Source: Candidatus Spongiisociaceae bacterium
GTDB lineage: Bacteria > Actinomycetota > Acidimicrobiia > Spongiisociales > Spongiisociaceae
DNA: 64,000 bases
NCBI GenBank assembly: GCA_965202665.1
Contig: OZ241841.1
Span: 2,144,001-2,208,000, forward strand
Direction: 5' to 3'
Shown: piece by piece, positions 37,401 through 44,978 of the stretch
How positions within the stretch are numbered: the first letter of the stretch is position 1
Layout of the letters: every line of letters starts with the position of its first letter
The notes under the pieces: generated by a model
Seen by the model: only the letters and a program-made list of their open reading frames with translations
What the model was told of the DNA's origin: nothing
Databases searched by the model: none
Position numbers and translations under genes: made by a program

Positions 37401-39337
37401 CGGTGTCCGGTGCGGCGGATGGGTTCAGGGTGTCGGGCGCCAGCGTGTCCATCACCGACGGGGATGTGGTTCCCACGGCTATAGGTTTGACCGTGGATCC
37501 GGGGCGAGTGGCGGAAGGTTCCGGCAAGACGACGGTAACCGTGACGGCGGCTTTCCCGGAGGGTTCGGCGGTGCGGGCGGTGGATACGGTGGTGTCGGCT
37601 TCGGTGGGCGCGGCTGGTGATTCGGCGGTCTCTGGAACAGATTACGCGGCGGTGGATGGTTTCAGCGTGACGATTCCAGCAGGGAAGATGAGTGGGTCGG
37701 GTTCGTTCAGTTTGGCGGGGACGGATGACGGGGTGGCCGGTGAGGGTACTGAAACTTTGTCGGTGTTCGGTGCGGCGGATGGTTTCAGGGTGTCGGGCGC
37801 CAGCGTGTCGATTACCGATGGGGATGTGGTTCCCACGGCTATAGGTTTGACCGTGGATCCGGGGCGGGTGGGGGAAGGTTCCGGCAAGACGACGGTAACC
37901 GTGACGGCGGCTTTCCCGGAGGGTTCGGCGGTGCGGGCGGTGGATACGGTGGTGTCGGTGTCGGTGGGGGCGGCTGGTGATTCGGCGGTCTCTGGAACGG
38001 ATTATGCGGCGGTGAAGGGTTTCAAGGTGACGATCCCGGCGGGTGAGGCGAGTGGTTCGGGTTCGTTCAGTTTGTCGGTGGTGGACGACAAGATAGCGGG
38101 TGAAGGAACTGAAACTCTGTCGGTGTCCGGTTCGGCGGATGGTTTCGAGGTGTCGGGCGCGAGCGTATCCGTCACGGATAACGACGCGGCGGTGGTTTCC
38201 GAGGCAGTGGTCGGGCTGGGGGTGTCGCCGTCGACGGTGGGGGAGGGCGATGGGGTGGTTTCGGTACGGGTGTCGGCAGTGTTGCCGGAGGGGATGGTCG
38301 CCCCGGCGGGCGGCGTGTCGGTGAATGTGTCGGTGGGCGGGGCCAGCGATTCGGCTGAGGCCGGTTCCGACTACCGGCGGGTGGATGATTTCTCGGTGTC
38401 CATCGCGGAAGGCAAGTCGGGCGGATGGGTTGATTTCCGATTGAACGTTACGGATGACGGCGAGGTAGAGGGGGCGGAGTCGGTGTCGGTGTCGGGCGCC
38501 GCGTCGAACTATGTGGTGTCGGGCGCCTCGTTGACCATCAACGACAACGACGAAGACGAGGGCGGCGGCGACGGCGATTCGCCAGGGTCGGTTGCGCAGG
38601 CCTCTCAGCAAGAGCCTACGCCGCCCCCGCCGCCGCCCTCATCGGCTTCTTCGCCCGCTCCCCCGCCGGCGGCTGGCGGCGGAGGCGGAGGGTTTGCGCC
38701 CGCAGGCGGCGGCCCGCCCCCCGCTCCCCCCGCCGCGCCGCCTGTTCCGCCGGTCGCCGAATCCGCAGAGGATGTTTGCGTGGGACGGTTCTGCGACGAA
38801 GATGGGAGCGTTCATCAAGCCAACATTGAGTTGGCGGCGGAGTGGGGCATCACCAACGGGTGCGGCGAAGGTCGTTTCTGCCCGGGTTTGTCCATTACGC
38901 GGAGTCAGATGGCGGCTTTCCTGTACCGGGCGGCGGCACGTCAGTCGGGCGCACCGCCCGCGGCGGGATCGGGAGTGGATTTGCCCGACGTAGGTTCGGG
39001 GGCGTGGTATCGGACTTTCGCGCGGTGGGCGGTTTCGTCGGGCGTGATCGCCACCCGGGCCGGAGGGTTCGACCCGGGCGGGGTGGTGACGCGGGGGGAT
39101 ATGGTGGTGATGCTGGCCGCCGCTTTCCCCAGTTTGACGGACGACGCGCCGCCCACGGAAGGCCTGTTCGAAGATTTGGGGGCCGGAGGCGACACGGCCC
39201 GGGCGGCGGAGGCGTTGCACAGGGCGGGGGTGACCAACGGTTGCTCCACCGCTCCGTTGCGGTTCTGCCCCGACCAGCCGGTAACCCGCTCCCAGATGGC
39301 CTCCTTCTTCGTCCGAGCCCTAACCGCCCTCCGCTAA
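28451..39337 (+). CDS. giant (3628 aa) surface protein: Calx-beta-like repeats, three LRR blocks, Pro-rich linker, C-terminal SLH domains
   Basis: Signal peptide ending ALAQ; LRR blocks at ~29080-30460, ~33030-33930 and ~34010-35590; ~120-aa Calx-like repeats; SLH motifs GITNGC...FCPGLSITRSQMAAFL and FCPDQPVTRSQMASFF. Confidence 0.9.
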   Translation: MTKFTASVFGRLLLASLAVVGFLALMAGSSALAQELGTEPVIRLSISPGSVTEGENYSLITVTASSDVSVPEDTRVSVFAIGLTSVEELDFISSSLELVIPQYSNRISELLLLDIVDDDDIEGTEIITVVGIASGFTVEGDDIQIIDNDISTFSSSTPFAIAESRNNDFSTSSSSDLFTFSDSQNDDAEIPVATSTTETTRTFPTMNKTGCSDGTYVTDPTINTGLVSDCEALIDIRNHWISDPDNVILPTNHPLRTWGGNIRNWKGVTINAKQRVIGLSFRGTWGLRFDFRRSDSKKNIAGTIPPDIGRLTELVKLILRHNDLSGSIPDELKNLSNLEIIDFEGNILTGSIPIWLDDLPNIRIVRFGLNKLSGNIPPLDNLLQIRTLKFHDNKLSGNLPSLSNLGTLANRSVTLDFSRNNFSGYIPTNWGNLDINELLLSGNNLSGTIPSQFRNLDKLTTLALQRNNLSGPIPNWLGNLPLHHIDLSRNQFSGNIPSSFASLNDLRVLSLHYNNLSGVIPSGLGKLKKLAQLSLGSNQFSGNIPSSFASLSNILGLFLNNNNLSGVIPSGLGKLSNLMYLSLEENNLFGVIPSGLGELNLWTLSLNENFLYGTIPPELGNLAPTKGGNLWAFDFCRNYFSGLFPDPLRLIAKLDGERGQQGDAVDCQREFDITLDVGSSNVSEGSSAVVTVSALLKSGQVAPAGGRSIAVSVGRLGDSATEGTDYTEVEDFTITIAAGASRGSGSFTLSAADDDVAEGSERVTVLGSSGTLAVREAEVFINDNDVAPTAIVLSVDANGDGEGAPTAVLEGSIDNTVKVTAAFPEGSKLLPEDTVVSVSVSGDGGAGRAEADDFTAVDDFDVTIAAGQTSGSATFSLAVAEDEVAEGTEAITVSGITDADGFETVTGAEVSITDNDAGPTSITLSVDANGDKAGAPTTVAEGAKAATVSVTASFPEGSKMFEEDTAVTVAVGKEGDAAVEGSDYRTVRDFTITIPGGSRTGSASFRLRGTDDGVAGESDESLTVSGLATGFNVSDATVAITDRDDPPTAVGLSVDPARAEETKSDISVTVTAAFPDGSNTLAADAALTISVGAEGDLAAEGADYAAVDDFTVAIPAGQRSGTGKFVLAGTDDATAGEGSETLTVSGAASGFAVSDASFTLADGDDSPASISLSVDPASPAERASAAKVTVTASFPEGSSTLIRDTAVTVSVGAPNDSAVAGTDYAAVDDFTVTIPAGRSSGSNTFSLSGTDDDVAGEGSESITVSGSAAGFTISDATVALTDGDAAPRTISLGARPSTLAESNRPAVVTVTAAFPSGSAVLTSDTQVTVSVGEADDGAGEGTDYAAVDDFTVTIPAGRSSGSNSFSLSGSDDDVAGEGSESITVSGSAAGFTISDAGFTLTDSDSVPTAITLSVDAEAVVEGSAARTVAVAASFPEGSVPLAEAVSVAVTVGDGTAGADDYAATPAAFKVTIPAGQMRGTGSFQLTVDSDAVNGEPEAISITGTLAGYTIAGATVDIVERLAALDAAHCGDGTFVAGPASNAALAADCRILVELHRRWSAVAGNADLPVRHPLRTWGVGGIGSWGGVSAAGGRVTGLSLPGRAGARIAGSLPAALGGLTGLTVLDLGGNDLQGAAPGEIGGLVKLTRLDLSGNRLTGPIPDGWRSLSALAYMDLSGNRLTGEIPERFSQLSALVHMDLSGNDLSGPIPTRLGDLAGLTVLDLGGNGLRGAIPDRLGLLRRMTYLDLSGNSLAGSIPEALSRMAELTLLDLSDNDLSGAWPVRLGDLAALAVLDVSGNRLTGAHNLASSDLTRLAALDLSGNRLTGSVASVPVAASASSGDFAVSRAFTDLSAAGCADGTFVADPGSNAALAADCRWLVAARNHWAAVPENAFLPSDHALRSWGAGRINSWPGVTVGNGRVTKVSLRGDYRRWPTQRSGIAGTIPASLQNLSALTHLLLDGNQLSGAIPASMGYRGNLPALTRLWLDGNQLSGAIPASLGKLTTLRQLTLSRNQLSGSIPTLLTKLTALTHLRLDHNQLSGAIPVEFKRLSNLRHLLLNDNKMSGGIPRQIGNMSALTRLNLGGNLLTGEIPTRLGALDNLTWLMLDRNLLMGRAPLSDPVDPKPRATPARLGALSNLRVMWLDDNRLHGQIPSRFGALNNLWDLDLSGNRLSGWIPSRFGAMDSLRWLDMGGNNLSGALLPARLGALSNAEWLLLNDNDLVGEIPTRYGALNHLRWLRLDGNDLSGEIPDRLGRLGKLRWLRLDGNNLSGPIPAGFASMTALEELYLHDNMLTGSVPAGLGAPVSGLMVEGVTQPGNVVGSGEAAGDPASALRRLRLCGNNLTGGLPAHLRTAPDGRNGRLSLIWLDAAPADHADLGGCRRAVELSASPDSVTESDTTVAVSVTAALVGYGESGQAPWMRNGEAVAYAEPLFGVSGTRQPALPDADTAVTVTVGAKGDGASSGVDYTAVEDFTITIPAGKTSGTGRFILAGSADDVAGEGSETVTIGGELAGTAVTGATVAIADADTAPTRLVLTVDAAKVTEGSGTTRVTVTAAFPEGSAVAGRDLTVLASVGAAGDTASEGTDYQRVAGLRVTISAGQRSGTAGFDLAVVDDNLAEGSESLSVAGTLAGYSVAGTSIAISDDDVAPVSIALQANPAKTAERAGAAKVTVTASFPDGSALMTSDTAVTVSVGAANDSAVSGTDYAAVGNFTVTIGAGQRSGSASFRLLSTADGVAGEGSESLSVSGAADGFAVSGTSVSITDGDAVPTAIGLSVNPAKAGEGAEATAVTVTAAFGEGSAVRAVDTVVSVSVGAAGDSAVAGTDYTAVDGFSVTIPAGKASGSGSFSLAGTDDDVASEGTETLSVSGAADGFAVSGTSVSITDGDAVPTAIGLSVNPAKAGEGAEATAVTVTAAFGEGSAVRAVDTVVSVSVGAAGDSAVAGTDYTAVDGFSVTIPAGKVSGSGSFSLAGTDDDVAGEGTETLSVSGAADGFRVSGASVSITDGDVVPTAIGLTVDPGRVAEGSGKTTVTVTAAFPEGSAVRAVDTVVSASVGAAGDSAVSGTDYAAVDGFSVTIPAGKMSGSGSFSLAGTDDGVAGEGTETLSVFGAADGFRVSGASVSITDGDVVPTAIGLTVDPGRVGEGSGKTTVTVTAAFPEGSAVRAVDTVVSVSVGAAGDSAVSGTDYAAVKGFKVTIPAGEASGSGSFSLSVVDDKIAGEGTETLSVSGSADGFEVSGASVSVTDNDAAVVSEAVVGLGVSPSTVGEGDGVVSVRVSAVLPEGMVAPAGGVSVNVSVGGASDSAEAGSDYRRVDDFSVSIAEGKSGGWVDFRLNVTDDGEVEGAESVSVSGAASNYVVSGASLTINDNDEDEGGGDGDSPGSVAQASQQEPTPPPPPPSSASSPAPPPAAGGGGGGFAPAGGGPPPAPPAAPPVPPVAESAEDVCVGRFCDEDGSVHQANIELAAEWGITNGCGEGRFCPGLSITRSQMAAFLYRAAARQSGAPPAAGSGVDLPDVGSGAWYRTFARWAVSSGVIATRAGGFDPGGVVTRGDMVVMLAAAFPSLTDDAPPTEGLFEDLGAGGDTARAAEALHRAGVTNGCSTAPLRFCPDQPVTRSQMASFFVRALTALR
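29918..30250 (+). repeat. near-identical 144-nt (two-LRR) duplication within the first LRR block
   Basis: AATCAATTTTCTGGGAATATTCCTTCCTCTTTTGCCAGCTT at ~29918 and ~30062; AATAATTTGTCTGGTGTTATTCCTTCGGGGCTTGGCAAATTAA at ~29990 and ~30134, with a variant at ~30206. Confidence 0.85.
36660..38190 (+). repeat. intragenic 360-nt tandem repeats (Calx-beta-like units)
   Basis: Lines 36721/37081 and 37441/37801 are nearly identical at a 360-nt offset; another near-identical pair at ~32110/32470. Confidence 0.9.
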
Positions 39338-39403
39338 CCCGTCGCTTACCCCCATCCGAAAGGTGCCCGCTCGGAGTGTCAGCCCGGCAAAGTTTTATAC
39401 AAC

Positions 39404-39709
39404 CTAATCCGCAGACGTCGTATCGTTACCGTCAGGAGATTCGGCGGCTTGGCTCCCCTCCGCCGATCTCGCTTGAGCCAGATACAAAAATTCATCAATG
39501 TCGTCGGTGGAATACTTAAGATGCTCGATCAGAAAGAATTCAAGATATGCGGTTTGAATGTGGAGAAGTTTCCTGATTTCATCTAGTTGTTGCCATATGT
39601 GGGTCCAAAGGATATGAGCAACACTGCCACTACGAACTTGCTGTCCGGTTAGAGCCTCGATTAGCTCCGCAATCTCTTCGGGTGTTTTAGAGGGAGGCGA
39701 GGGAGTCAT
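39404..39709 (-). CDS. hypothetical protein (101 aa)
   Basis: MTPSPPSKTPEEIAELIEAL...; overlaps the end of the upstream gene; lower GC than the flanks. Confidence 0.55.
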   Translation of the reverse strand: MTPSPPSKTPEEIAELIEALTGQQVRSGSVAHILWTHIWQQLDEIRKLLHIQTAYLEFFLIEHLKYSTDDIDEFLYLAQARSAEGSQAAESPDGNDTTSAD

Positions 39710-39959
39710 AAGTGTTTCCCGGCACCACCGCCAAAGCGTCCCGAAAATCGTAGGAAATAAGATCCGGATCCATTCTTTCCAGTAGTTGCTCCGTAAGTCC
39801 CCCTCTGCTAAGCCGCCTACGGGATCCCGCCAAGACCACGAAATCATCAAATACTTCGTGTACGCGGCCGCTGACCGGGCGAGCGCGGTTGTGATAAATG
39901 GTGATATGTTGCCCGACGAACTCTTCCAGCCGGTCCCTAATGTCTTGGGCGGGATCCAT
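39687..39959 (-). CDS. hypothetical protein, possible Sm/LSm-like fold
   Basis: Strong RBS GGAGGT; LEEFVGQHITIY...VSGRVHEVFDDFVVL resembles an Sm1-like motif. Confidence 0.6.
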   Translation of the reverse strand: MDPAQDIRDRLEEFVGQHITIYHNRARPVSGRVHEVFDDFVVLAGSRRRLSRGGLTEQLLERMDPDLISYDFRDALAVVPGNTYDSLASL

Positions 39960-40140
39960 TGTCCACCTCCCTTCCGTCTTTAGCATCGTTTTGATCCATA
40001 TACAGACTATCGGGCGGGTGCCGCAGATATCCGCTCCCCTGACGACGATCGCCCATCCCAGCTGACACCGATTATACCACGCCATCAAACTATCTGTTTG
40101 ACAGTTGTTGGATAATATCCCGACGTGGCCGGGGTTGGGG

Positions 40141-41121
40141 TCAGGCGGTTATTACCCGGCGGGCGGCTTCCGTTATTTGGGCGGGGCCGGGGACTATCGC
40201 CTCTTCCAGAGGGGGGCTGAAAGGGATGGGGGCGGAGGCGGCCCCCACCCGCACCGGGGCGGCTTTCAGGGAGTCGAAGGCGCGGCTGGTGATGGAGGCG
40301 GCCAGTTCCCCGCCGAAGCCGCCGAACTCCCACGCTTCGTGGGCCACCACCGCCCGCCCCGTTTTGCGCACCGAAGCCAGCACCGTTTCCAAATCCAGGG
40401 GCACCAGGGAACGCAGGTCGATCAACTCCGCCTCGATTCCCTCCTCCGCCAACTGGTCGCAGGCGGTCGCCGCGTGCCCGGCCATCACCGAATAGGAGAC
40501 GATGGTCACATCCCCCCCGGAGCGCCGCACCGCCGCCCGTCCCAGCGGCACCGTATGATCCTCCTCCGGGACCGGGCCCCGCTGGGCGGTGATTTTTTTG
40601 TTCTCCAAATAGACCACCGGGTCGTCGTCGGCGATGGCCGCCCGCAACAGGCCTTTGGCGTCGGCCGGGTTGGACGGGGCTACCACTTTCAGCCCCGGCA
40701 TATGGGTGAACAGGCCCTCCAAACTGGATGAATGCTGGGCGGCCGAGGAGCGCAGAACCCCGTCCGAAGCCCGCAGCACCAGCGGCACCGACGTCTGCCC
40801 TCCGAACATGTAGCGGAATTTGGCCGCCTGGTTGACGATCTCGTCCATCGCCCCCAAAGTGAATTCCACGAAACTCATGGAGGCCACCGGGCGCAGGCCG
40901 GTCACCGCCGCCCCCACCGCCGCCGCCATGATGATCGCCTCCGAAATCGGCATGTCCATCACCCGCTCCGGGCCGAATTCGTCCGCCAGCCCCCGGAACT
41001 GCCCGAAGTTGCCGCCCCAGCTGATGTCTTCGCCCAGCACGATCACCGCCGGGTCCTCCCGCATGGCGAATTGCATGGCCTGCACGGTGGCCGCCCCGAA
41101 ACTCATTCTGCGCTCGCCCAT
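40141..41121 (-). CDS. 2-oxoacid/acetoin dehydrogenase E1 beta subunit
   Basis: LGEDI, FGPERVMDMPISE, GLRPV, DEIVNQAAK, AAQHS, ELIDLRSLVPLD. Confidence 0.95.
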   Translation of the reverse strand: MGERRMSFGAATVQAMQFAMREDPAVIVLGEDISWGGNFGQFRGLADEFGPERVMDMPISEAIIMAAAVGAAVTGLRPVASMSFVEFTLGAMDEIVNQAAKFRYMFGGQTSVPLVLRASDGVLRSSAAQHSSSLEGLFTHMPGLKVVAPSNPADAKGLLRAAIADDDPVVYLENKKITAQRGPVPEEDHTVPLGRAAVRRSGGDVTIVSYSVMAGHAATACDQLAEEGIEAELIDLRSLVPLDLETVLASVRKTGRAVVAHEAWEFGGFGGELAASITSRAFDSLKAAPVRVGAASAPIPFSPPLEEAIVPGPAQITEAARRVITA

Positions 41122-41126
41122 GACCG

Positions 41127-42101
41127 CTACCCGGTGAAAACCGACTCCAAGGCGCCCGCCGCCTCGGGCAGGGGGCTTTGTTCGGCGAAGGCCACCGCGG
41201 CGGCCGTTTCCTCCCCGGCCCGCTCCCACGCCCGCTCCCGGCCCGCTTCGTCCAACGTTCCCGCCCCGGCCAGAAGTTTCTCCCAGCGCAGGACGGGGTC
41301 GGCCGCCCGGCGGGACTCCACTTCCTCCGCCGTCCGGTAAACCTCGGCGTCCCCCACGTAATGCCCTCCGAACCGGTAGGTGTCGGCGATGAGAAGGGTG
41401 GGGCCCTCCCCGGCCCGGGCCCGCTCCACCGCCGTCCCCGCCGCCTGATAAACCGCCCCCGCGTCGTTGCCGTCCACCGTTTCACCGGGGATGCCGTAGG
41501 CCGCCGCCCGCACCGACAGGTCCTCCACCGCGGTGGTTCGGCTACGGTGGGTGAACTGGGCGTACTGGTTGTTTTCGCATACGAACACGGCCGGCAACCG
41601 GCGGGCGGCCGCGAAGTTGAGGGCCTCGTGGAAAGTCCCCTTGTTGATCCCCCCGTCCCCGAAGAAGGCGACCGCCGCCTGGTCCGTCCCCCGCAAGCGG
41701 GCCGAAAGACCCGCTCCGGCGGCGATGCCCAGCCCGCCCGCCACGATCCCGTTCGCCCCCAGCATCCCCAGGGAAAAGTCGGCCACATGCATGGAGCCGC
41801 CCCGCCCCCGGCAGGCCCCCGTTTCCCGCCCGTACAGTTCGGCCATCACCCGCTCCATCGTCATCCCTTTGGCCAGGGCGTGGCCGTGCCCCCGGTGGGT
41901 GGAAGTGATGTAGTCGTCGGGGCGCAGGCGGGCGCACACCCCGGCCGCCGTCGCCTCCTGCCCCACATAAGTATGGACGAAGCCGGGCAGTTTTCCCTCT
42001 TTGAACAATTCGGCCACCCGGCTTTCGAACACCCGGATGCGCACCATCATCCGATGCAGGTCCAAAGCGGTTTCGGGGGTCATCCCCATCGGGAGGCTCA
42101 T
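41127..42101 (-). CDS. 2-oxoacid/acetoin dehydrogenase E1 alpha subunit (TPP-dependent)
   Basis: GFVHTYVGQEA, STHRGHGH, GRGGSMH, GDG...ENN TPP motif, TYRFGGH. Confidence 0.95.
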   Translation of the reverse strand: MSLPMGMTPETALDLHRMMVRIRVFESRVAELFKEGKLPGFVHTYVGQEATAAGVCARLRPDDYITSTHRGHGHALAKGMTMERVMAELYGRETGACRGRGGSMHVADFSLGMLGANGIVAGGLGIAAGAGLSARLRGTDQAAVAFFGDGGINKGTFHEALNFAAARRLPAVFVCENNQYAQFTHRSRTTAVEDLSVRAAAYGIPGETVDGNDAGAVYQAAGTAVERARAGEGPTLLIADTYRFGGHYVGDAEVYRTAEEVESRRAADPVLRWEKLLAGAGTLDEAGRERAWERAGEETAAAVAFAEQSPLPEAAGALESVFTG

Positions 42102-42856
42102 TGGCTGGTGTATCCCCCGTCCACCGCCAGGATCTGGCCGGTGATCATCGCCGCCGCCTCCCCGGCCAGGAACAGGACCGGGCCGGCCACGTCCTCCGGT
42201 TCCCCCAGCCGCGCCATCGGGGTGCGGGACAGGAAAAAATCACGCAGTTCCGGTTCGGTCTCCCACATTTTCCGCACCAGTTCGGTGGCGATATGGCCGG
42301 GGGCCACCGCGTTCACCCGCACCCCCGCCTCCGCCCATTCCACGGCCAGGGTTCGGGTCAACTGCACCACCCCGCCTTTGGAGGCCTGGTAGCCGACGCT
42401 CCCCGGATACCCGACCAGCCCGGCGATGGAGGCGATGTTGACGATGGAGCCGCCCCCCGCCTCCGCCATTCTCCTCCCCGTCGCCCGGCACATCAGAAAA
42501 GTGCCTTTCAGGTTGACCGCCAACAACCGGTCGAAGGCCGCTTCGTCGTGGGAGACGGCCGCTCCCCGCCCGGCGATCCCGGCGCTGTTGACCAGCACGT
42601 CCAACCGGCCCCGCTCTTCGGCCAAACCGCCCACCGCTTCCTCCACCGCCTCCGCATCGGACACGTCCAGCACGCAGGCTCCGCCCCCCGTCCGGCGGGC
42701 GGTGTCGGCCGCCCCCGCCGGGTCGATGTCCAAACAGGCCACCCAGGCCCCCGCCTCCGCCAAAGCGACGGCCGCCGCCCGCCCCAGGCCGCTCCCCGCC
42801 CCGGTTACCAACGCGGTCCGGCCCGCCAGCGAAAACCGCTCCGTCACGGGACTCAC
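42098..42856 (-). CDS. short-chain dehydrogenase/reductase
   Basis: TGAGSGLG, NSAG, NIAS, YQASK, VNAVAPG, VDGG; GTG start overlapping the lipoyl-protein stop. Confidence 0.93.
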   Translation of the reverse strand: MSPVTERFSLAGRTALVTGAGSGLGRAAAVALAEAGAWVACLDIDPAGAADTARRTGGGACVLDVSDAEAVEEAVGGLAEERGRLDVLVNSAGIAGRGAAVSHDEAAFDRLLAVNLKGTFLMCRATGRRMAEAGGGSIVNIASIAGLVGYPGSVGYQASKGGVVQLTRTLAVEWAEAGVRVNAVAPGHIATELVRKMWETEPELRDFFLSRTPMARLGEPEDVAGPVLFLAGEAAAMITGQILAVDGGYTSQ

Positions 42857-43089
42857 GGGACGATCACCGCCAGAACGGTCCCCACCGCCACCTCGTTGTC
42901 GGAGGCGGGCACCAGAATGTTGATGACCCCCGAGGCGGGGGACTCCAAAGCCACCTCCGCTTTTTCGGTTTCCACTATCACCACCTCCTGGCCCGCGGCC
43001 ACCGCCGCTCCTCCTTCCACCAGCCATTCCAAGACGATCACCTCCTCCACCACCCCCATCTGGGGAACCGTCAGCTGCGCGCCCTCCAT
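42853..43089 (-). CDS. stand-alone lipoyl-carrier domain protein (78 aa)
   Basis: VPQMG...EWLV.GG.V..GQ.VVIVETEKA...ESPASG lipoylation motif, followed directly by a stop. Confidence 0.88.
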   Translation of the reverse strand: MEGAQLTVPQMGVVEEVIVLEWLVEGGAAVAAGQEVVIVETEKAEVALESPASGVINILVPASDNEVAVGTVLAVIVP

Positions 43090-43772
43090 CAGATATGCCC
43101 GTGTTTCTCCAGGCCCTCCATCGGGGAAAGCCCGGCTTTCATGTCCTCCCGCACCCGCCCTTCGGCTGCGACTATTTCCTCCGCCCGCAGCAGCACCCGT
43201 TCCGCCTCCCGGGAGGGGACTATCAGAATCCCGTCGAATTCGCCCATCACCACATCCCCCGGATGGACGACCACTCCGCCGATTTCCACCGGGACCCCCC
43301 AAGCGGTCATCTCCCAGCGGCCGATGGCGTTCAACGGGGACAGGTCCCGGTAAAAAACCTGAAGGCCGATTTCCCGCAGTCCCTCGATGTCCCGCAAGTT
43401 GCCGTCCAGCACCACCCCCGCGCACCCCCGGCGCAGGGCCGACGTCCCGGTCAACTCCCCGAAATGCCCCACCAGCGAATCCAGGTTATGGTGCACCAGG
43501 ATGCTGTCCGGGGTGATCCGCTCGAATATTTCCAGGTAGGAGGAGATGCGCCCGATCCCTTCCTCCCATCCCACCGGCGGGTCGATGGCCTCCCCCCGCA
43601 GGGTGAAAGCGAACCCGGCCATGCGCTGTTCGGGAAACAGGGGGCGCAGGGCGGAAGGGAGCGTCGGTTCCGGCAACCCCAGGGAATACATGGCGTCGCA
43701 CACCGCCGACAGGTACAGCCGCCGGTATCGGGCGGCCATCTCCGCCGGGGAAATGGGTTTGTCGTCGTTCAT
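43089..43772 (-). CDS. RraA-family protein (HMG/CHA aldolase-like)
   Basis: SAVCDAM, AGFAFT, FGEL, GVVLDGNLRD, VHPGDVVMGEFDG. Confidence 0.88.
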   Translation of the reverse strand: MNDDKPISPAEMAARYRRLYLSAVCDAMYSLGLPEPTLPSALRPLFPEQRMAGFAFTLRGEAIDPPVGWEEGIGRISSYLEIFERITPDSILVHHNLDSLVGHFGELTGTSALRRGCAGVVLDGNLRDIEGLREIGLQVFYRDLSPLNAIGRWEMTAWGVPVEIGGVVVHPGDVVMGEFDGILIVPSREAERVLLRAEEIVAAEGRVREDMKAGLSPMEGLEKHGHI

Positions 43773-43782
43773 CAGGCTCCTT

Positions 43783-44967
43783 TCAGGTCGCCGCTATTCG
43801 AGCCGCCGCCGGGAGGGGGGAGCGCGCCGCGGCCGCCAGCCGCCGCACCCCTTCCGTCACATCCTCTTCGGAGGCGGCCAGGGAAATCCGCACGTAACCT
43901 TCCCCGCCCGGGCCGAACACCGACCCCGGGGCCACGCTGACGCGCCGCTCCCGCAACAAATCCAGGCAGAATTCCAGCATGGAGCGCCCGCCGGGGTCCG
44001 CCTCCGCCAGCATGTACATCGTCCCCGCCGGGCGCACCGCCCGCAAGCCCCCCCGCCGGGCCTCCTCCAAGGCCAGGTCGCGGCGGCGACGGTAGGCGGC
44101 CGTCATTTCCTCCACCGGCCGCAGAGGGCCCGCCAAGGCCGCCTCGGCCGCCTTCTGGGAGATGGTGCTGGGGCAGGAAATCACCGGCTCCTGCAGTTTG
44201 CGCAACAGTCCGGCGATGGGGCCGGGGGCGGCCGCGTATCCCACCCGCCAGCCGGTCATGGCGTAGACCTTGGAAAAACTGTACACCGAAATCACCCGGC
44301 CCTCCTCGTCGAAGACCCCGGCCGCGGTGTGGACGGCGTCTTCGTCCAGCAGCATCTGGTCGTACACTTCGTCGGACAGCAGCCACAGGTCGTGCCGGTC
44401 GCAGAAACGCACCAGGGACTCCATCGTCTCCGCCGGAAAGACCGCCCCGGTCGGATTGGAGGGGGTGTTTACGAACAGCGCCCGGGTGCGGTCGGTTACC
44501 AACCCGGCCAGCCGTTCCGGGTCGGGCAGGAACCCGTCCCCGGCGGCCAGCGGGTAGAAAACCGGCTCCCCTCCCGCCAGCCGCACCATTTCGTCCATGT
44601 TCGGAAACCCGGGGGTGGGCAAAAGGGCCTGATCCCCGTCGTCCAGCAAGGCCAGGTAGATGGTGAACAGGGCGTTCATCCCGCCCGCGGTCACCACCAC
44701 GTTGCCGGGGTCGGTCCGGTAGCCGTCCACCCGCTGGATTTTGTCGGCCAGGGCCTCCCGCAGGGACGCCAAGCCGCCGTTGGGCCCGTATCCGGTCCAA
44801 CCGGCCCGGGCCGCCGCGGCCGCCGCGTCGATGATGTGGCCGGGGGTGGTGAAAGCCGGCTCGCCCACTTCCAGCCGAATGGCCCGCGGGTCGGCGTCGG
44901 CCGCGTCGAACAGCAGGCGAATTTCGGAGGGCCGCCGGTCGGCGGCGCGGGCGGAGGGTTCTCTCAT
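43783..44967 (-). CDS. PLP-dependent aminotransferase class I/II
   Basis: LEVGEP, NTPSNPTG, SDEVY, SFSKVYAMTGWRVG, YVRISLA. Confidence 0.93.
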   Translation of the reverse strand: MREPSARAADRRPSEIRLLFDAADADPRAIRLEVGEPAFTTPGHIIDAAAAAARAGWTGYGPNGGLASLREALADKIQRVDGYRTDPGNVVVTAGGMNALFTIYLALLDDGDQALLPTPGFPNMDEMVRLAGGEPVFYPLAAGDGFLPDPERLAGLVTDRTRALFVNTPSNPTGAVFPAETMESLVRFCDRHDLWLLSDEVYDQMLLDEDAVHTAAGVFDEEGRVISVYSFSKVYAMTGWRVGYAAAPGPIAGLLRKLQEPVISCPSTISQKAAEAALAGPLRPVEEMTAAYRRRRDLALEEARRGGLRAVRPAGTMYMLAEADPGGRSMLEFCLDLLRERRVSVAPGSVFGPGGEGYVRISLAASEEDVTEGVRRLAAAARSPLPAAARIAAT

Positions 44968-44978
44968 AGCCGGACGGG

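Noticed and set aside
35108-38611. 1167-aa minus-strand His/Arg-rich repetitive ORF
   Set aside because: Antisense shadow of the Val/Ser/Gly-rich Calx repeats in high-GC DNA.
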